Positions 15,035 to 29,000 of a DNA stretch of 64,000 nt are shown piece after piece; position 1 is the first letter of the stretch, and each line of letters begins with the position of its first letter. Source of the stretch: the human T2T-CHM13v2.0 reference genome, Homo sapiens. The position numbers were made by a program, and so were the translations under genes. The notes under the pieces were generated by a model. The model was not told where the DNA came from. It ran no database searches and saw only the letters and a list, made by a program, of their open reading frames with translations. The stretch covers positions 9,056,001 to 9,120,000 of the forward strand of contig CP068257.2 in assembly GCA_009914755.4 (NCBI GenBank), given 5' to 3'.

Positions 15035-15110
15035 TGATGTAATATATCAATATTACATCAATATATCATAATTATACATCAATAATACATCAATATATCA
15101 ATATTACAAT
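15035..15110. repeat. Short tandem repeat (~12-bp unit atcaatattaca / atcaatatatca)
   Basis: tgatgtaatatatcaatattacatcaatatatcataattatacatcaataatacatcaatatatcaatattacaataatc. Confidence 0.7.
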
Positions 15111-18100
15111 AATCCTTTCTGGGCTGAAGGAAATAGAAATAAATAGGAGCAAGCCACAGTGGAAAAAACATACAATCTGTTTCACTAGGTGAGAGGGTTG
15201 TCCTGAAAACATCTGACATCTGGAATGACCTTGTCTCCACGTATGCAAAGTCCTCCAAATATCCTAAGGTTAATATAATGCCATCAAGTAAATGGACTTT
15301 GTTTATATACACGGGAACTTTTTAAGAAATCAAAACAGATTAAAATTCTTGAAAGCAGTATGATTGATCAATAACTAAATCTATCCATAACTGACAATTT
15401 GCACAACCTGGGCAACAAGCATTTTCCAGGAATAAATTGCTATTCATCCATAGTGTGTAAATGACTCTTCCAAAATGATTTTAAGCGATATCACCATCTT
15501 ATTTTTTTCTTCCTGTTCCATCTTCCACTGTCTCAAACTCTCTTTACTTCGTTCTTCAGTAACAGCTTTCATCTGCTTTATTTCCTTTAAATATGTGATA
15601 ATCTCTGCTCATTGACTCTATTTTCCTAAGATACGGTTGTTCTAATTGATTTTACCTCAGCTAACATCAGGAGCATTGTAAAAATTAATAACAATCTTAC
15701 ACAAGAATCTTTCTTAATACTATGAAATATAATCAGGTTTAACATTTTTATAAATGTCTTTGTTTAGAGTAAAACAGGTGATGACATGGCTTTATCATCA
15801 AGGGGTTCACCTCAATGCTAACCTAAAAAGAGAGGAAATTAGTTCTGATATAGGATCCAAACACAATTAAGCATTTTAACTCATCATATAACAATCTCTT
15901 TGTCTCAATCAACTGCTAATCTTCTGTTATACAATGAATTTCCTTCTTTCAATTATTGTCTAAGAAGCATTCTATTTTTGGCATAAAATATTGATTTCCA
16001 TAAACAAAAATTCATGAAGGTACAGCGTAAGTGTGAAGACTTTAGATTTATATATGATTTCTGAGCATGGGCTATTAATTTTGGTTGACTTTGAGAGAAC
16101 ATTTGAATTGATTAGTATTAACTATTTTTAAATCAGTAGAGATAGAGTTATCATATACATATAGATGTGTATATGCATATGTATGTATGTATTTTTCTTC
16201 TTTTTTAAATAATAGGAGTAATGGGACAAGATAAACTCGTGTAGACTAAAGAAACTTGTATAGACTAAAGAAAATAAGTTGGTACATTTGAATTGTAGTA
16301 TACAAAGGTAGAACCTATTATAAATGTATGTATGTATTAAGTATGATGAGTAATAACTATGTCTCTGAAAATCCTTCCTGGAAAATTGTTTTCTCCTAAA
16401 TATGCTGCTGCAGTTAACTTGTATTTTCCTATTAAAACACTATTGCAATATGCTATGTTGCTTGCTTGCTTGAGTACACGTTACTTGAGTTAAACTTTGT
16501 GACAGCAGGGAGGGACCACACCTCTCTTTTTCTCATTTTTTTCTCCAACACCTTTTCTAATATATGAACAGAGTTTTGGCCTCATAAATACCCATTGCAA
16601 TAAATGGGAGGCATATTTTAGGCCCTGGTCATTCCTGCAAAGTCATGCTCAACCTCAACGCCAGTAATCTGGTATGTTATTTTTTGTTATCTTTTTTTCT
16701 AACAGTGGAATAAGTATTGCAGTGATTTTATTTTATTGTATCCTATGTTATGGACCTTGACACTTCCATTGGATACCTTAACACCATCTGTTCTATGCAT
16801 CACTGCAGAGAAAGGTTGATGAAAGATTGATACCTGTCATCTTAGGAAGTCATTTGTGCACTAGTTAAAGCAATTATAAGTGGGATGATAGTCTCTGAAA
16901 AATGTCCATTTTCCTTTTGTAAAGTAATTCTGTTGTTTATGTCATGTCTCCATTGATGAGCCCACTGTCTCTCAAACTATTCACTTGCCTCTTTCTAATT
17001 TTATAATCTCCACACCTTTGGAATTTGCCAACACAACAGAGCATTAGATGATTTTCTTGGACTTCATGCTTGATCTGCTTCAATCTATACTATTTGTTAT
17101 AAACCCTCATGACTGACAGATCAGACCTATCATCTTGGATCCTCTGTAGTAGCATATTTTGTCTTTGACAGATTATAACTTAAAATGGCTGAGAATACTT
17201 TGTCAACTTAAAAATGTATCTGTAATATTTACAAGTATATCATTTTTGTCTTAAGTACTACAAAATAAAGTTAACTATTTTTAACTAGTTGCATTAAAAA
17301 GTGAAAACTGTTTTTCATTTCTAAATATGCTATTCTCTTCTAAGTAAAATAGGATAAAGTACTTTTTATTGAAAATCAAAATTATAAATCTGTTATCTTC
17401 AAACTTACTATGTACTTGTGAGGTTTTTTATGTTAGGGAGTGCTTGAGTATAATGGGAGATCAATATAAAACCTCATTTAGGAAACATTTTTGCATCTAA
17501 AATCATGCCTAATAGAAAGCTCAGGCAGTAGAAGTGGTGAGCATTCCTGATAAAATTCTTCTTTATGAGCAAAAAAAATTCAAGACAAATGTGTTATGAA
17601 TCTGATTTTTTTCATATTTATACCAAAACAAAGAATGTTACATAATGAAGTCATGGGTGGTTTTTACTGAGAGTGTTAAATTGTGGAGAACTAGTTATTT
17701 TCTCATAAGGCTTTTTGTCTGTGATTACTGTTCAGTTACAATTGATGTCCTTAAAGGCAGCGGAAACATCCATATCCACCATATCAGTCACGTTCCAAGT
17801 AGCTGACTGTTGAATACTTGGGGCATTAAGTAAGAGGCATCAGCCAAGAATGTTGAGAAAATTAAAGGGTTGTTAGAATAGAAAGAAAAAAGTTGAAAAA
17901 ATATGGTGAGAAGTGCTGTACAGTACCATCCTTTAACTTTGACAGAAAAGTTGATTTCATCGAGAGTAGAAGAGCGGTTACAGTGTCATTTTTAACGTAA
18001 GTTGAATATGTACTTAATTTTTAGTAGGAATGGGATATCCTCTGAATTTGTAGATAAAGTTATTTTTATTTAATCAGTTTCTACAGCATTTCACCTTTCT

Positions 18101-18159
18101 TATGATCCACTTTATTATGACTATCTATAAATGTTTATCATTTATTATCTTTATATCTT

Positions 18160-19010
18160 CTTTTAAATTTTCTTATATGGATCTCTTGGAGTGAAGCGAC
18201 CAGATGGTAGCCACTTTTTATGAGTAGCTGTGACGTGGGAGTGCTGGGAAGGGAAGGTCGTGGTCCCTTTAAATGATGCAGAAGTGGGGAAGGGAAGTGC
18301 TGGGTAAAGGAGGGCATGGTCCCTGGCTAGGGCATCACCTGCCTTCTGCCCAAATGTTGCATTTCCTAAGACCACCCTCGGCCACTATGCCCCATCCTGT
18401 GTCTGTAAAAATCCCTGAGACCCTAGCAGGCAGACACACAAGCAGCTATACGTAAAGAGGATGTCAAGAGGAGCACGCAGGTGGAAGATACCAGCAGGTC
18501 AGCAGGCCATCGGCCAGCAGAATGATGCAAAATTTGGCCAGAGCAGTTGGAGAAGCTCCACAGCCCCACATCAGGGAAAAACCGTCTCCCTTCTGGCTAC
18601 CTCATCTGCTGAGAGAGACTGCCACTAAATAAAACCTTGTACTAATTCTCCAAGCTCAGGTGTGAGCCAATTCTTCCAGTACATCAAGGCAAGAACCTGG
18701 GGTACAGAAAGCCCTCTGTCCTTGCAACATGGTAGGGGGTGTAACTGAGGTGGTTAACACAAGCCCATAGATGGCAAAACTAAAAGAGCACCCTATATCA
18801 CTCACCCACTGGGGCTTCAGGAGCTGTAAACATTCACCCCCGGACACTGCCGTGGGGTCGGAGCCCCACAGCCTGCCCATCTGTATCCTCCCTGAGAGGT
18901 CTGAGCAGCAGGGCACTGAAGAAGCAAGCCACTTCCCCTGTCACATGCCCTGCAAGGTGGACAAGGAAACCTTTCCCCTTTCAGGTGCTATCACATTACC
19001 TGTATAAGTA
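18160..19010. mobile_element. GC-richer island with LTR-like features (possible ERV LTR fragment)
   Basis: Contrasts with AT-rich flanks; contains ctgccactaaataaaaccttgtactaattctccaagctcaggtgtgag (AATAAA followed by R-like region); family not recognised. Confidence 0.25.
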
Positions 19011-22000
19011 GTCATTCCATAAATATTTCTTGAACTAAATTTAATAGATTTATTACAGACATTAATTGGAATAAAAAAATGCCTCAAAAGTATGATCATT
19101 TCTTTTCATCTTTTATCTGGGACATAACCAAAATTTAGAAGTTTAATATTAAAAAGATGATTCTCACACAAACCTAGGATAAACATATTTTAAGACTATA
19201 TAGAACTCATTAACGAAGGAACCGAAAAGAAGGTAAAACTGGTTTAAAATACATTTTGTGGAACTGGCATATAATGTGGGAAGAAATGTTAAAATAAGAC
19301 TGCTAGATAAAATACAGCACTTGTTAATGGCCTATAAAACAATATATTAATCTTTCATGTTTTCTTTTCTACAAAGAGACATCTACAAATTGGCATGTAA
19401 ATTCATACAGTGAAAGTTACATATATATAATTGTTTTGTTGGTGTGTTTGAAAGCCAATGTTCATGCTTTAACATTCAAGTTTCAATGTTCAATGTTCAG
19501 CATTGAAAGTTCCTTCCACACTGTGTTTTTTTTTTTTTTGATGTTTTTAATGATTTTCTTAAACAGAATCAATAAACTCTTAAATAAGGCCTAATAAATA
19601 TATCTGCTTTTTCCCCAACTGTTTATATGGAAGAAATCTTAACTCCTTTATCCAAAAGAAAACAACTGCTATCATGTTTGTCTCTCTAGGCTGTGAATGG
19701 TATACTTGACTCCCAAAATCTAAGGGCCAACCATAAACTGCAACCAGAATGTAAGAAGACTTAATGAATTCATTTTCCCAAGAATTTTGCAGAAGAGTCT
19801 CGGTAGAGGAATAATAAGAAATTAGTCACTGCAATATACAGACATTGGTGAATAAAGAGTAATAGATTAGACCTATATAAGGAGTCTGGAGAACAAAAAC
19901 AAAAATGTCTTTACCAGAGCCTTGGGGTGGTGGGAGGGGAGAGGGACACAAGGAGAAGCATATGAATACACAGCCATACTTGGACTGTTTAAATCTCATT
20001 CCAGTAGAATTGAATGACTGATTTGCAAGAACATTGCTAAAAATCAAAAGTATAGGCTGCTCCAAAGTACCCTCTGAATATCTAAAAGATGCTGTGTAAA
20101 TCACGCCCTCCAACATGACTGTATTCATAAATATGTTTACATGCATATGCACAGGCAAAGACATGTCGTCTTATTTGTTAATTACTTCAAGGCGTTAGGT
20201 CTTGGGTTCACTAAATTTTAAAACTTGATATTTTTATATGTTACTGAATCTAAAAGCAAAAAATATGAAAAAGCAAAATCAAATATTTTATAATATAAAG
20301 TGAAAAAAGGGCATTATATCAAATTTGATGTATTGTGATACTAACATGGCACATCTAGTTTAGTCAGATGTCCTGTTAGGCTTCATTGCCTACATGCTAC
20401 CATAATTAGATGTGACAGTTTAGAACATTTTATGTGTTAAAAGACATAAATAGAAGTAAATTCTTTACAATATCAGGCAGGGAATTCTAAGTCAATTGGT
20501 CTGGGCTATCAAACACAAGTGAAAAAATTTCTAAGTGCACTAGAAAAAGGAAAAGCTTAGCTTCGAAAGTTGTGCTAGTGGGGTACTTTAATTATGCTAT
20601 CAAATCATATTTGAAAGACGACTGATTATTTCAATGCTGAAACACATGCACACAAGGGCAAAAGATGATTTTTAAATACAGCAGGCTTCTCTAATTCTTG
20701 TTACACTAACTGACTTAAAATGGCAAATGCAGATTTCATTGTGATGTTGATACTCTCTTCCTTTCCCCGAGGCTTCCTTTGCAACTTTTCTTGCTTGTAA
20801 ATTTTCATCCTATAGCGTTAAGTAAGCATTTAGAGGATTTCACCTGGCATAATTCATTCTTACAGTCAGACTCAGTTATGTGTGCAACAATGGCCTATCT
20901 ATTCTGACATTATCGGAAATGAAGAAATGATTTTTTTTCTTTCAGCAGAGGATAAGCCTCATAAAATCTTTGTTTCAAACACCTTAAGAGTCCCTGTACA
21001 TTTCCTAGCTACTTTTAGCTTAAAGTCTTGCACTGTTTGGTGACGTGTTCAGAGTAAAAAGTATTTTAGGTCCTACAGATTCAAATCAAAAATTGCTATA
21101 AGTCATAGGCAAAAATTAGTGTTTAGATCATCTGTTAGAATATCTGCCAATGACAAGGTTATTTCAATATCTAGATTGATTTTATATGTTGAAAATAAAA
21201 TGCTACAACCCCTTTCTCTGCAGGGCAAATTTAAAAATAAATTTAACCTGTTTATGGGGCATTAATTTAAAAACCAGTTACTTGTTTTACAAATGAGATG
21301 TGGAAGAACTACAGAATGTTAGAATTTAAGTTTTTTTCTTAAAGTATTGAGTCTACTACATCATTTTATTTGTGTATTTTATATTGGGATGAATATACAT
21401 TTAAACAGGAACAAGTAATTTTTCTAAAACATAAATTGAAAAGATAGAAGTGATAATCTCCAATAGGTAGACATAATTTGAGCACACTGATATCACAAGT
21501 TTTAATACCTAGCCTTGTAATTTCTAAAGAATATATTATTAAATGAAAGAAAATTATTATTTAAAAAATAGAGTAAACTTTGCTCCCCTAGACTGACTTC
21601 CGATGTCCTTGATTTTTTTATACTTCCGATTTTAGATAATTTCATCTTCTTCTTTTCTGTTCACAATGTCTTATGCTTCTATGTTGCTAGCCATATTTCA
21701 TCTGTTAATATGTATCTAAAGATATCCAGTGTCCTTTAGATTACATCATTTTCATTGATAACATCCTAATTCCCAGCCCCAAGTTCTTCCTTCAGACAAT
21801 ATTGGGTCTAATTTTAAGAATTTGAGGGAGTAGAAGAACCAGAAAAAGACTTCGTGTTCAGGACAAGGGATACATGTTGTAGTGACACGGTTGAGAGTAT
21901 CAGAAAGTGTATAGAACTAAATTGGCCCCACAATAGTGGAGGGCCCTAATGTTTAACAGCAATGACCCCTACATAGTAGAATTTCAGGAGACAATTTTAT

Positions 22001-24141
22001 TTTCAGATTAATTGATTAGTTGGCTTGCTTTTATTGGATAATTTTACTATTCTGGACTTGTATTACCTATAAAATATTGGCAAATTCATTTTTAAAAAAG
22101 ACACTAAGAGATGACTGGGATTCCATATGATATTTGGAGTAGCAGAAAAATCCCCAATTAAACAATGACTACAAACTGTTGGAAGCAAATCTAATGAAGT
22201 TCATTGTATCTACCTGGAATATATGGATTTGGGAAGAAAAGCTTAATCGAGCCATATAGACCTAAAATAAACAAAAATAAAGGCATTTGCAACTTTTCCT
22301 TCGGGAAGTTTTTTCTACTACTTTTTCATGTGTCCCCAGCTTCAGCTCATTACTTGCCACTCTAGTTTTCTCTTTTTTCATTATTCAAACTTAGTCAATC
22401 ACATGTTTCTGTCTGATCAACTATTTATTGATCTCCTAAAGAAGACATTCTTCCTACATTAGAACCATGTTCTACTGTTTTCATCCTAGATTGACAGTAC
22501 CTCCCACTTATTTTCATGTTCTAGGCAATGGGTAGCTTTGTTCTGCAGCTAAAATATTCTATGACACTATGATCGAAAGTGCCATGAACAAAAGTGAATG
22601 GACTTTTAATGATGAGAATGTGGGGTTCACTAGGAGTGCTGCATTCTATATGTAAAATGCAAGTTTTGGAGTCAAGATTGGAATACAGATTTTAACACGT
22701 TACAATCTACCGTTACAAGTAAAAGTAATCTGCCATTGCTTTTAGTGGCAAAACCGCAATTGCTTTTGCACCATGCTAATACTTTCCATACGTGATCTTA
22801 AATAGGAAGATATAACTAGAGACTTAATTATATTTAAAATGGAGATAAATAATATGAATGATAAAGTTGTATTATTTTATCTAATGAGATAATATGTAAA
22901 AGTTTTTAGCAGAGTGTTTGAAATATAGTAAATTTTCAATAAACATTCTCATTACTAGTTAGTATTTTATACTGTAGGTATATATTTTTGGAAAGAGTAT
23001 GCAATAAATGTTTAGCAATTCTTTTCGCCAGTTTTCTTTGATGGAATAATGTTTTCAAGTTTGAATCAACGAGGTTTAGGTGCACCTAGTAAATCTGTAA
23101 ATTCTAGAATTTGTCCATGACCCAGTTCTGACCAGGGGATTCCAACTGGATGGTTGTAATTGATTTGTCCAGATATGAACATGTGACCCAATCTAGACAT
23201 AAAATTAAATCTTAGCTGTTCCCTAGATAAGAGAAATAAAATTCTGACCACATCATTTTATTTCCTGACTCTAAAATTAACTATAATTCTAGACTTTTTA
23301 GTTATACACAATTGTGTTTGAGAGCTATCTCATATCAACTTGTGAGATCCAACTATTAAATTTTTAGAAATTTTTTGAGGTCATTTTTAGACACAGAAAT
23401 TATTAAAATAAACATGTTAATTTATAATTAAATTATATTAAAAATAAGGAAAATAAATTACTTAAATTCATCACTTCCTAAGTATTTTGCTATATTTTGC
23501 TGTGATTTATGCTACCAAAAATACTTACATAGATGACGTTTGTATCATGGCAACATTATATAATGGCAAGCTAATGTGCATCTCTCCAGCTCCCTATTAG
23601 TGGCCTTAGGTTGTACCTTGTAATTCCGTCATGAAGAGAATATTTACAGCATGAAAATTAACACCGCATATCAGGGTTAGATTTAATATTTTGATTGTGT
23701 AGAATTAATAAAAGTAATTAATAAAAGTAAAAATGAAGAATGAATAAAAGTATTCTAATAATGCAAATTATTTTTTAAATTGTGTCTGTAACCATTACAT
23801 TGCGAACAGCCCCAACATACAAGGACATATCCTTGTATTAAATATTCATGATTCTCAGAAAAGTGATTCTATCATTGGTGAACAGGTAAAGGTTTTAATT
23901 AATTTTACTTCTATCTTACCACTAATGTACATAAAAATAGTAACCAATGTTCATATTGAAACTCTATTCATTTGCTGATTGCAGTCAGTTATCTATGGAT
24001 TTAAGAGTTTGGCAAAAATTAACAAAAACTCCCCCTGAAAAGGGAACTAATATTTTATTACTTGTGTGTTATATGCTCTGCGTCCTTATATTAGTAAAAC
24101 ATTTAAAAAGTTGCATATAAAACTTTTTTGAGAGATAATTC

Positions 24142-24446
24142 TTTTTTTTTTTTTTTTTTTTCTGAGATGGAGTCTCGCTCTGTCGCCCAGGCTGGAGTGC
24201 AGTGGCGCAGTCTCGGCTCATTGCAAGCTCCGCCTCCCGTGTTCACGCCATTCTCCTGCCCCAGCCTCCTGAGTAGCCGGGATTGCAGGCACCCGCCACC
24301 ATGCCCGACTAATTTTTTGTGTGTGTTTTTAGTAGAGATGGGGTTTCACCGTGTTAGCCAGGATGGTCTCGATCTCCTGACCTCGTTATCCACCCGCCTC
24401 AGCCTCCCAAAGTGCTGGGATTGCAGGTGTGAGCCACGGCGCCCGG
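24142..24446 (-). mobile_element. Alu SINE (AluS/Y), minus orientation
   Basis: poly-T then gagatggagtctcgctctgtcgcccaggctggagtgcagtggcgc...cctcccaaagtgctgggattgcaggtgtgagccacggcgcccgg. Confidence 0.95.
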
Positions 24447-25322
24447 TGGAGAGATGATTCTCAAATATTTACTTGCTCACACTGGTTATAAGCTAATTAT
24501 TAAGAGAGTTAAGTAGTATTTTTACCATATGTTCCTGAGTCAGTTGTACTTGTTAAAGGAGTGTTGCAAGTAATAAACCTTAGCATGCACAATTAGATTT
24601 ATTAATTGAGATGAGATATGTAGCAGAAAAGTGTTTAATTTCCAAGTAGGAAGTGGATAATACCTGTTGAATGATATACATTAAATATTAAAGAGTTAAC
24701 TGCTAAAGCTCAGATATCAGATCATCTGCCTATCCATAAAGATATTTTAATGTGTCTTTTTATAAAATGCCAGACTATTTGTAAAAGAAAAAAATCAATA
24801 TGCTTGCCAAGAGAAGTTGTATCAAATAAAGACAAATGTGTTTATTATAGGATCAAGAAAGCTGAATTCTCCATTTTAAATGGAAAATTGTATGAGGAAA
24901 TTCAAAGAGGAGTGAGATATAGCAGAAAACAAAATTGGCATCTGGGGAAATCTTATATTAATGCTCCTTACTAGTTCTTTCTGGAAACTTTATAACCATG
25001 CCTGACAAAGTGACAGTTACTCAAACTTTAAAGAGCCAGCTTCTGTGACCAGCATGGGGTGCATGGGAAAAGATTATTTATCTCTCTCTTTCTGGCCTAA
25101 TACTTCACACATTGCTCTTGGACAGAGAAGAATGAAGATCATTTAAATGACGTCTAGCAACATGCACTGAGTTTTAACTTCTTTTATGAAGAGACGGAAA
25201 CCTCCAGATTGTGGTTTTGATTCAGGAACCATAGCTCAATAAAATATCTACCCCTTTTGTTATTAATTTATGATGCACATCGAAATAAATTGACTAGAAG
25301 AAAGTAAATTTTTAGGTGTTGA

Positions 25323-25622
25323 TTTTTTTTTTTCTTTTTGAGACGGAGTCTCACTCTATCACCCAGGCTGGAGTGCAGTGGCACAATCTTGGCTCACTGC
25401 AAGCTCCACCTCCCAAGTTCATGCCATTCTCCTGCCTCAGCCTCCTGAGTAGCTGGGACTACAGGTGCCCACCACCAAGCCCGGCTAATTTGTTGTATTT
25501 TTTTAGTAGAAACGAGGTTTCACTGTGTTAGCCAGGATGGTCTTAATCTCTTGACCTTATGATCCACCTGCCTCAGCCTCCCAAAATGCAGGGATTACAG
25601 GTGTGAGCCACCGCGCCCGGCC
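25323..25622 (-). mobile_element. Alu SINE, minus orientation
   Basis: ttttttttttctttttgagacggagtctcactctatcacccaggctggagtgcagtgg...ggtgtgagccaccgcgcccggcc. Confidence 0.95.
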
Positions 25623-25704
25623 CCTAAAATGGCTTTTAAGTATTTTCTTGAATGAAAACACCAGATATATTCAACAGCAATACTAACATTAAAAAGACTT
25701 GGCA

Positions 25705-26000
25705 GCTGGGCGCAGTGGCATACACCTGTAATCCCAGCGCTTTGGGAGGCTGAGGCAGATGGATTCATTGAGGTCAGGAGTTCAAGACTAGCCTGACCAA
25801 CATAGTGAAACACCATCTCTACTAAAAATACAAAATTAGCTGGGCATGATGGCGGTTGCCTGTAATCCCAGCTACTCAGGAGGCTGAGGCTGGAGAATTG
25901 CTTGAACCCAGGAGGTGGACGTTACAGTGAGCCGAGATCACGCCACTGCACTCAAGTCAGGGTGACAGATTCCGTCTCAAAAAACAAAACACAACAAAAC
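25705..26000 (+). mobile_element. Alu SINE flanked by 14-bp target-site duplication AAAAAGACTTGGCA
   Basis: aaaaagacttggca at 25691-25704 and again at 26001-26014; Alu body gctgggcgcagtggcatacacctgtaatcccagc...; A/CAAAA tail. Confidence 0.9.
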
Positions 26001-29000
26001 AAAAAGACTTGGCAAACAAACCATTGTCATTCTTTGGATAACAATTTTTTAACCATTTCCAATTTAAGGTCCAAGTGTCCAGACCCCCACGTCTGTAAGA
26101 GATCACTACAAGTCACAAACGTTCAGGAAAACAATAATCCTAGCTTGTACTTCCCAATAATTAATTAGAAGTGTCTCTTCTGCAATTTGATTGAATCATC
26201 TCCAAGGAAAAACACTGCTGTAAAACATAAATATATATATATATCATTATGTATATATGGGTACAATTTTAAATACATTTCATTACGTTGATGTACTCTC
26301 AAAAATAAAAAACATGCAAACTAAACTCCTGTTGCTTAGACAATACTATAGATACATGTAGTCAATAACTTTTCTCCTGAACTGTTATCTCAATGAAATA
26401 GACTGATCTTTAACCAAAAGAAATGTGAAGATAATCAGTATGGGATTACATTTCCTTTATAATGGCTTTAATCAAGTGTAACTATATTACTGAGTATAAC
26501 TACAATTGCATTAAATTGCAATTTACTTAAGAATATTCAAGAATCCTTAAATTTTCAAAATATAAATAAAACCAAACAATATTAAAACTGATTTTCAACA
26601 GAAAATGTTTTTACCTTGTATTAAAATTATTAGACACACTACAATTACCCAACTTAAATCTGTTCCAGTTATTTTTCTGAATCCAGAAGCTAGTAACATA
26701 TAATATCTCTGTAACATCTTTACAAGATAGTTTTATATATGACATATTTACAATCACTTAAATGTCGTTTTTGCTACCAATTGACTTGCGAAAATTCATA
26801 CAATATCCTCATTTTTCAAGTAATAAGCTATTTTATGTAGTTAACATTGAGATTGCTCCAACAATCCATTTTCCTCAAACTGTATTTTCTTCCTCTGAAA
26901 TCCAAATTAATCATAGATGGTAATAGCTTTTGTGGAAGTAGAACTAAGGAGGAGATTTAATGAGTGATTAGTGGACAATTATCTTAGTTCTTTTTACAAA
27001 ATTAGAAGACTTTTTAAAACAAATTCACAATCTTTTTTATATTTGAATATCTTATCCACAGCTTGGATATGAAAACTTGTATTTTTTATGTTTATACACT
27101 CTAGTTTTGAGTTACTTTGTACCATAATCTATTATGGACAAAAAATAAAAATGCTTATAGAGCACAGAATTTCACAAAGTATGAAACATAATCCTTACCC
27201 CTTCACCCTTTCTGAAAAAGATTATAATAGAAAGAATGATTATAAAAAATGCATATGTAGCATAAGAACTATTTTCAAATCCTGATTCTATTGCTGATAA
27301 TAAGGATATGGCATCTCTTTAAAAAGAAGATAACTGTGGCTTTTTTAAAATATAGCCACGAATACTTTGAATGTCCTCACATCAAAGGGTAGACATCATG
27401 TTTCTTCCCCCTGAAGTCAGACAGGCTGTGATTGCTTAAACCAACTCAGCATTAAAGTAATTCTATGTGACTTCTGAGGCAAGATTATTAAAGGCAATAC
27501 ATTGACCCATTAACTGCAACACTCAGGCAAGCTACCTGTATGATTCCATGTTGTGAGGAAGCTCAAGTTACATGAAGAAGCAATATTCAGACACTCTGGT
27601 TAAGAGATTATTTTGAGCGCAGCCTTTAAGTCATACCAATGCAGGAGCCAAACGTAAAGAAGCTTTCAGAAAACTTCATTGTCCAACGTTTAATTCATTC
27701 CTAGATATCTAGGAATTCTCAGAGGCCCCAATTACTGTAGACCACAGAGATGTCACCCCACTTTGCATTTTTGACCCCCTGACCCCAGAATATATGAGGA
27801 TGACAAAATGGTTATTGCATCACACCACTGAATTTGAGTAGTTTGTTTTGCAGAAGTAACTAGCAGAAGCAATCACAAATAGAATGTTTTCTTTCTCCAC
27901 AATTTGGAACACCATCACAAAAAGGAAAGAAGAGAAAACGTGGCATAGCATAAACCTGAGTCTTCCATTTGATAGCTGTAAATTTTGGTAATTGGTATTT
28001 AAATCTTGGATGATATTCTCATATTCTGGGCATTTATGAAAGGTTAAATTAGATAGTGTAATTAAAGTATCAGACACAATTGTGCTTTCAACAAAAAAAT
28101 GCATAGTTATTTTATTCCTCCCCTTATTATTAAATAAATTTTAATAGGTCTTTTTATAGGTGAAACATTATTGCCAGAAAAGAATTTCAAACTATATAAA
28201 TGAGAAAAAAACAATGTTTGGCTTTTTTGAAATTAAGGAAAATTTCATAGTGCAAGAGGTATTGGTAATGCAGTCTATAGACATAAAAATTTCTTTCATT
28301 TTAATAAATACATGACTATCTCACAGGAGGAATACAATGTTTGAGATACACAGGTAAATAAAGGGTTGCATTTCCAGTCCTCATGGAATTTAGAATCTAG
28401 CAGGTAAATAAATGGGAATCACAAACAATTTTTAGCCCGATGAGTTTTTAATAAAGAGAAGACTACAATACTATGGGAATATAGAGCAGCAAAATTTGCC
28501 CTTGTCTCCTCGAAAATAAACCATTAAACTGATTCAAAATAATAGACAGTAGCTAGCAAATACTAGAGAATATGCCTTGAAGAAGCAGCAATAGACATAA
28601 AAGCTGTGAGAAGAAAGAATGCAGAACATCTTAGCGAAATTGAGACACAACTAGTGTGTTTGGGTCATAGACACCAGTAAGGGCACGTGACTGGAGAAAG
28701 AAGTCAGGGTTATATGAAAAGGACCTTTAGTAGATTACTGAATTTCTCTTAAGGGCAATAGTATATTATTCAAAGGGGTTAAGCAAGTGATTTCAGATAT
28801 TTGCTTTAAAATGTTAGCTAAAGAACGCACAATCTACATGACTCTCCAGAGTAAAACTCTTAGGGATTTTCATACTTTTTTTTCCCTTTTGATGCTCATG
28901 ACACACCCTCATTCAAAAAAGGTTTGGCATTATTCTTCTATAATTGTACAATGGACATAAGAATAATTGATTTATGATTCGTACTGTCATGCCCTGATTT

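Noticed and set aside
19480-19520. Short hairpin-capable inverted repeat ttcaatgttcagcattgaa
   Set aside because: It has only a 7-bp stem, is expected by chance in AT-rich DNA at this scale, and has no associated feature.
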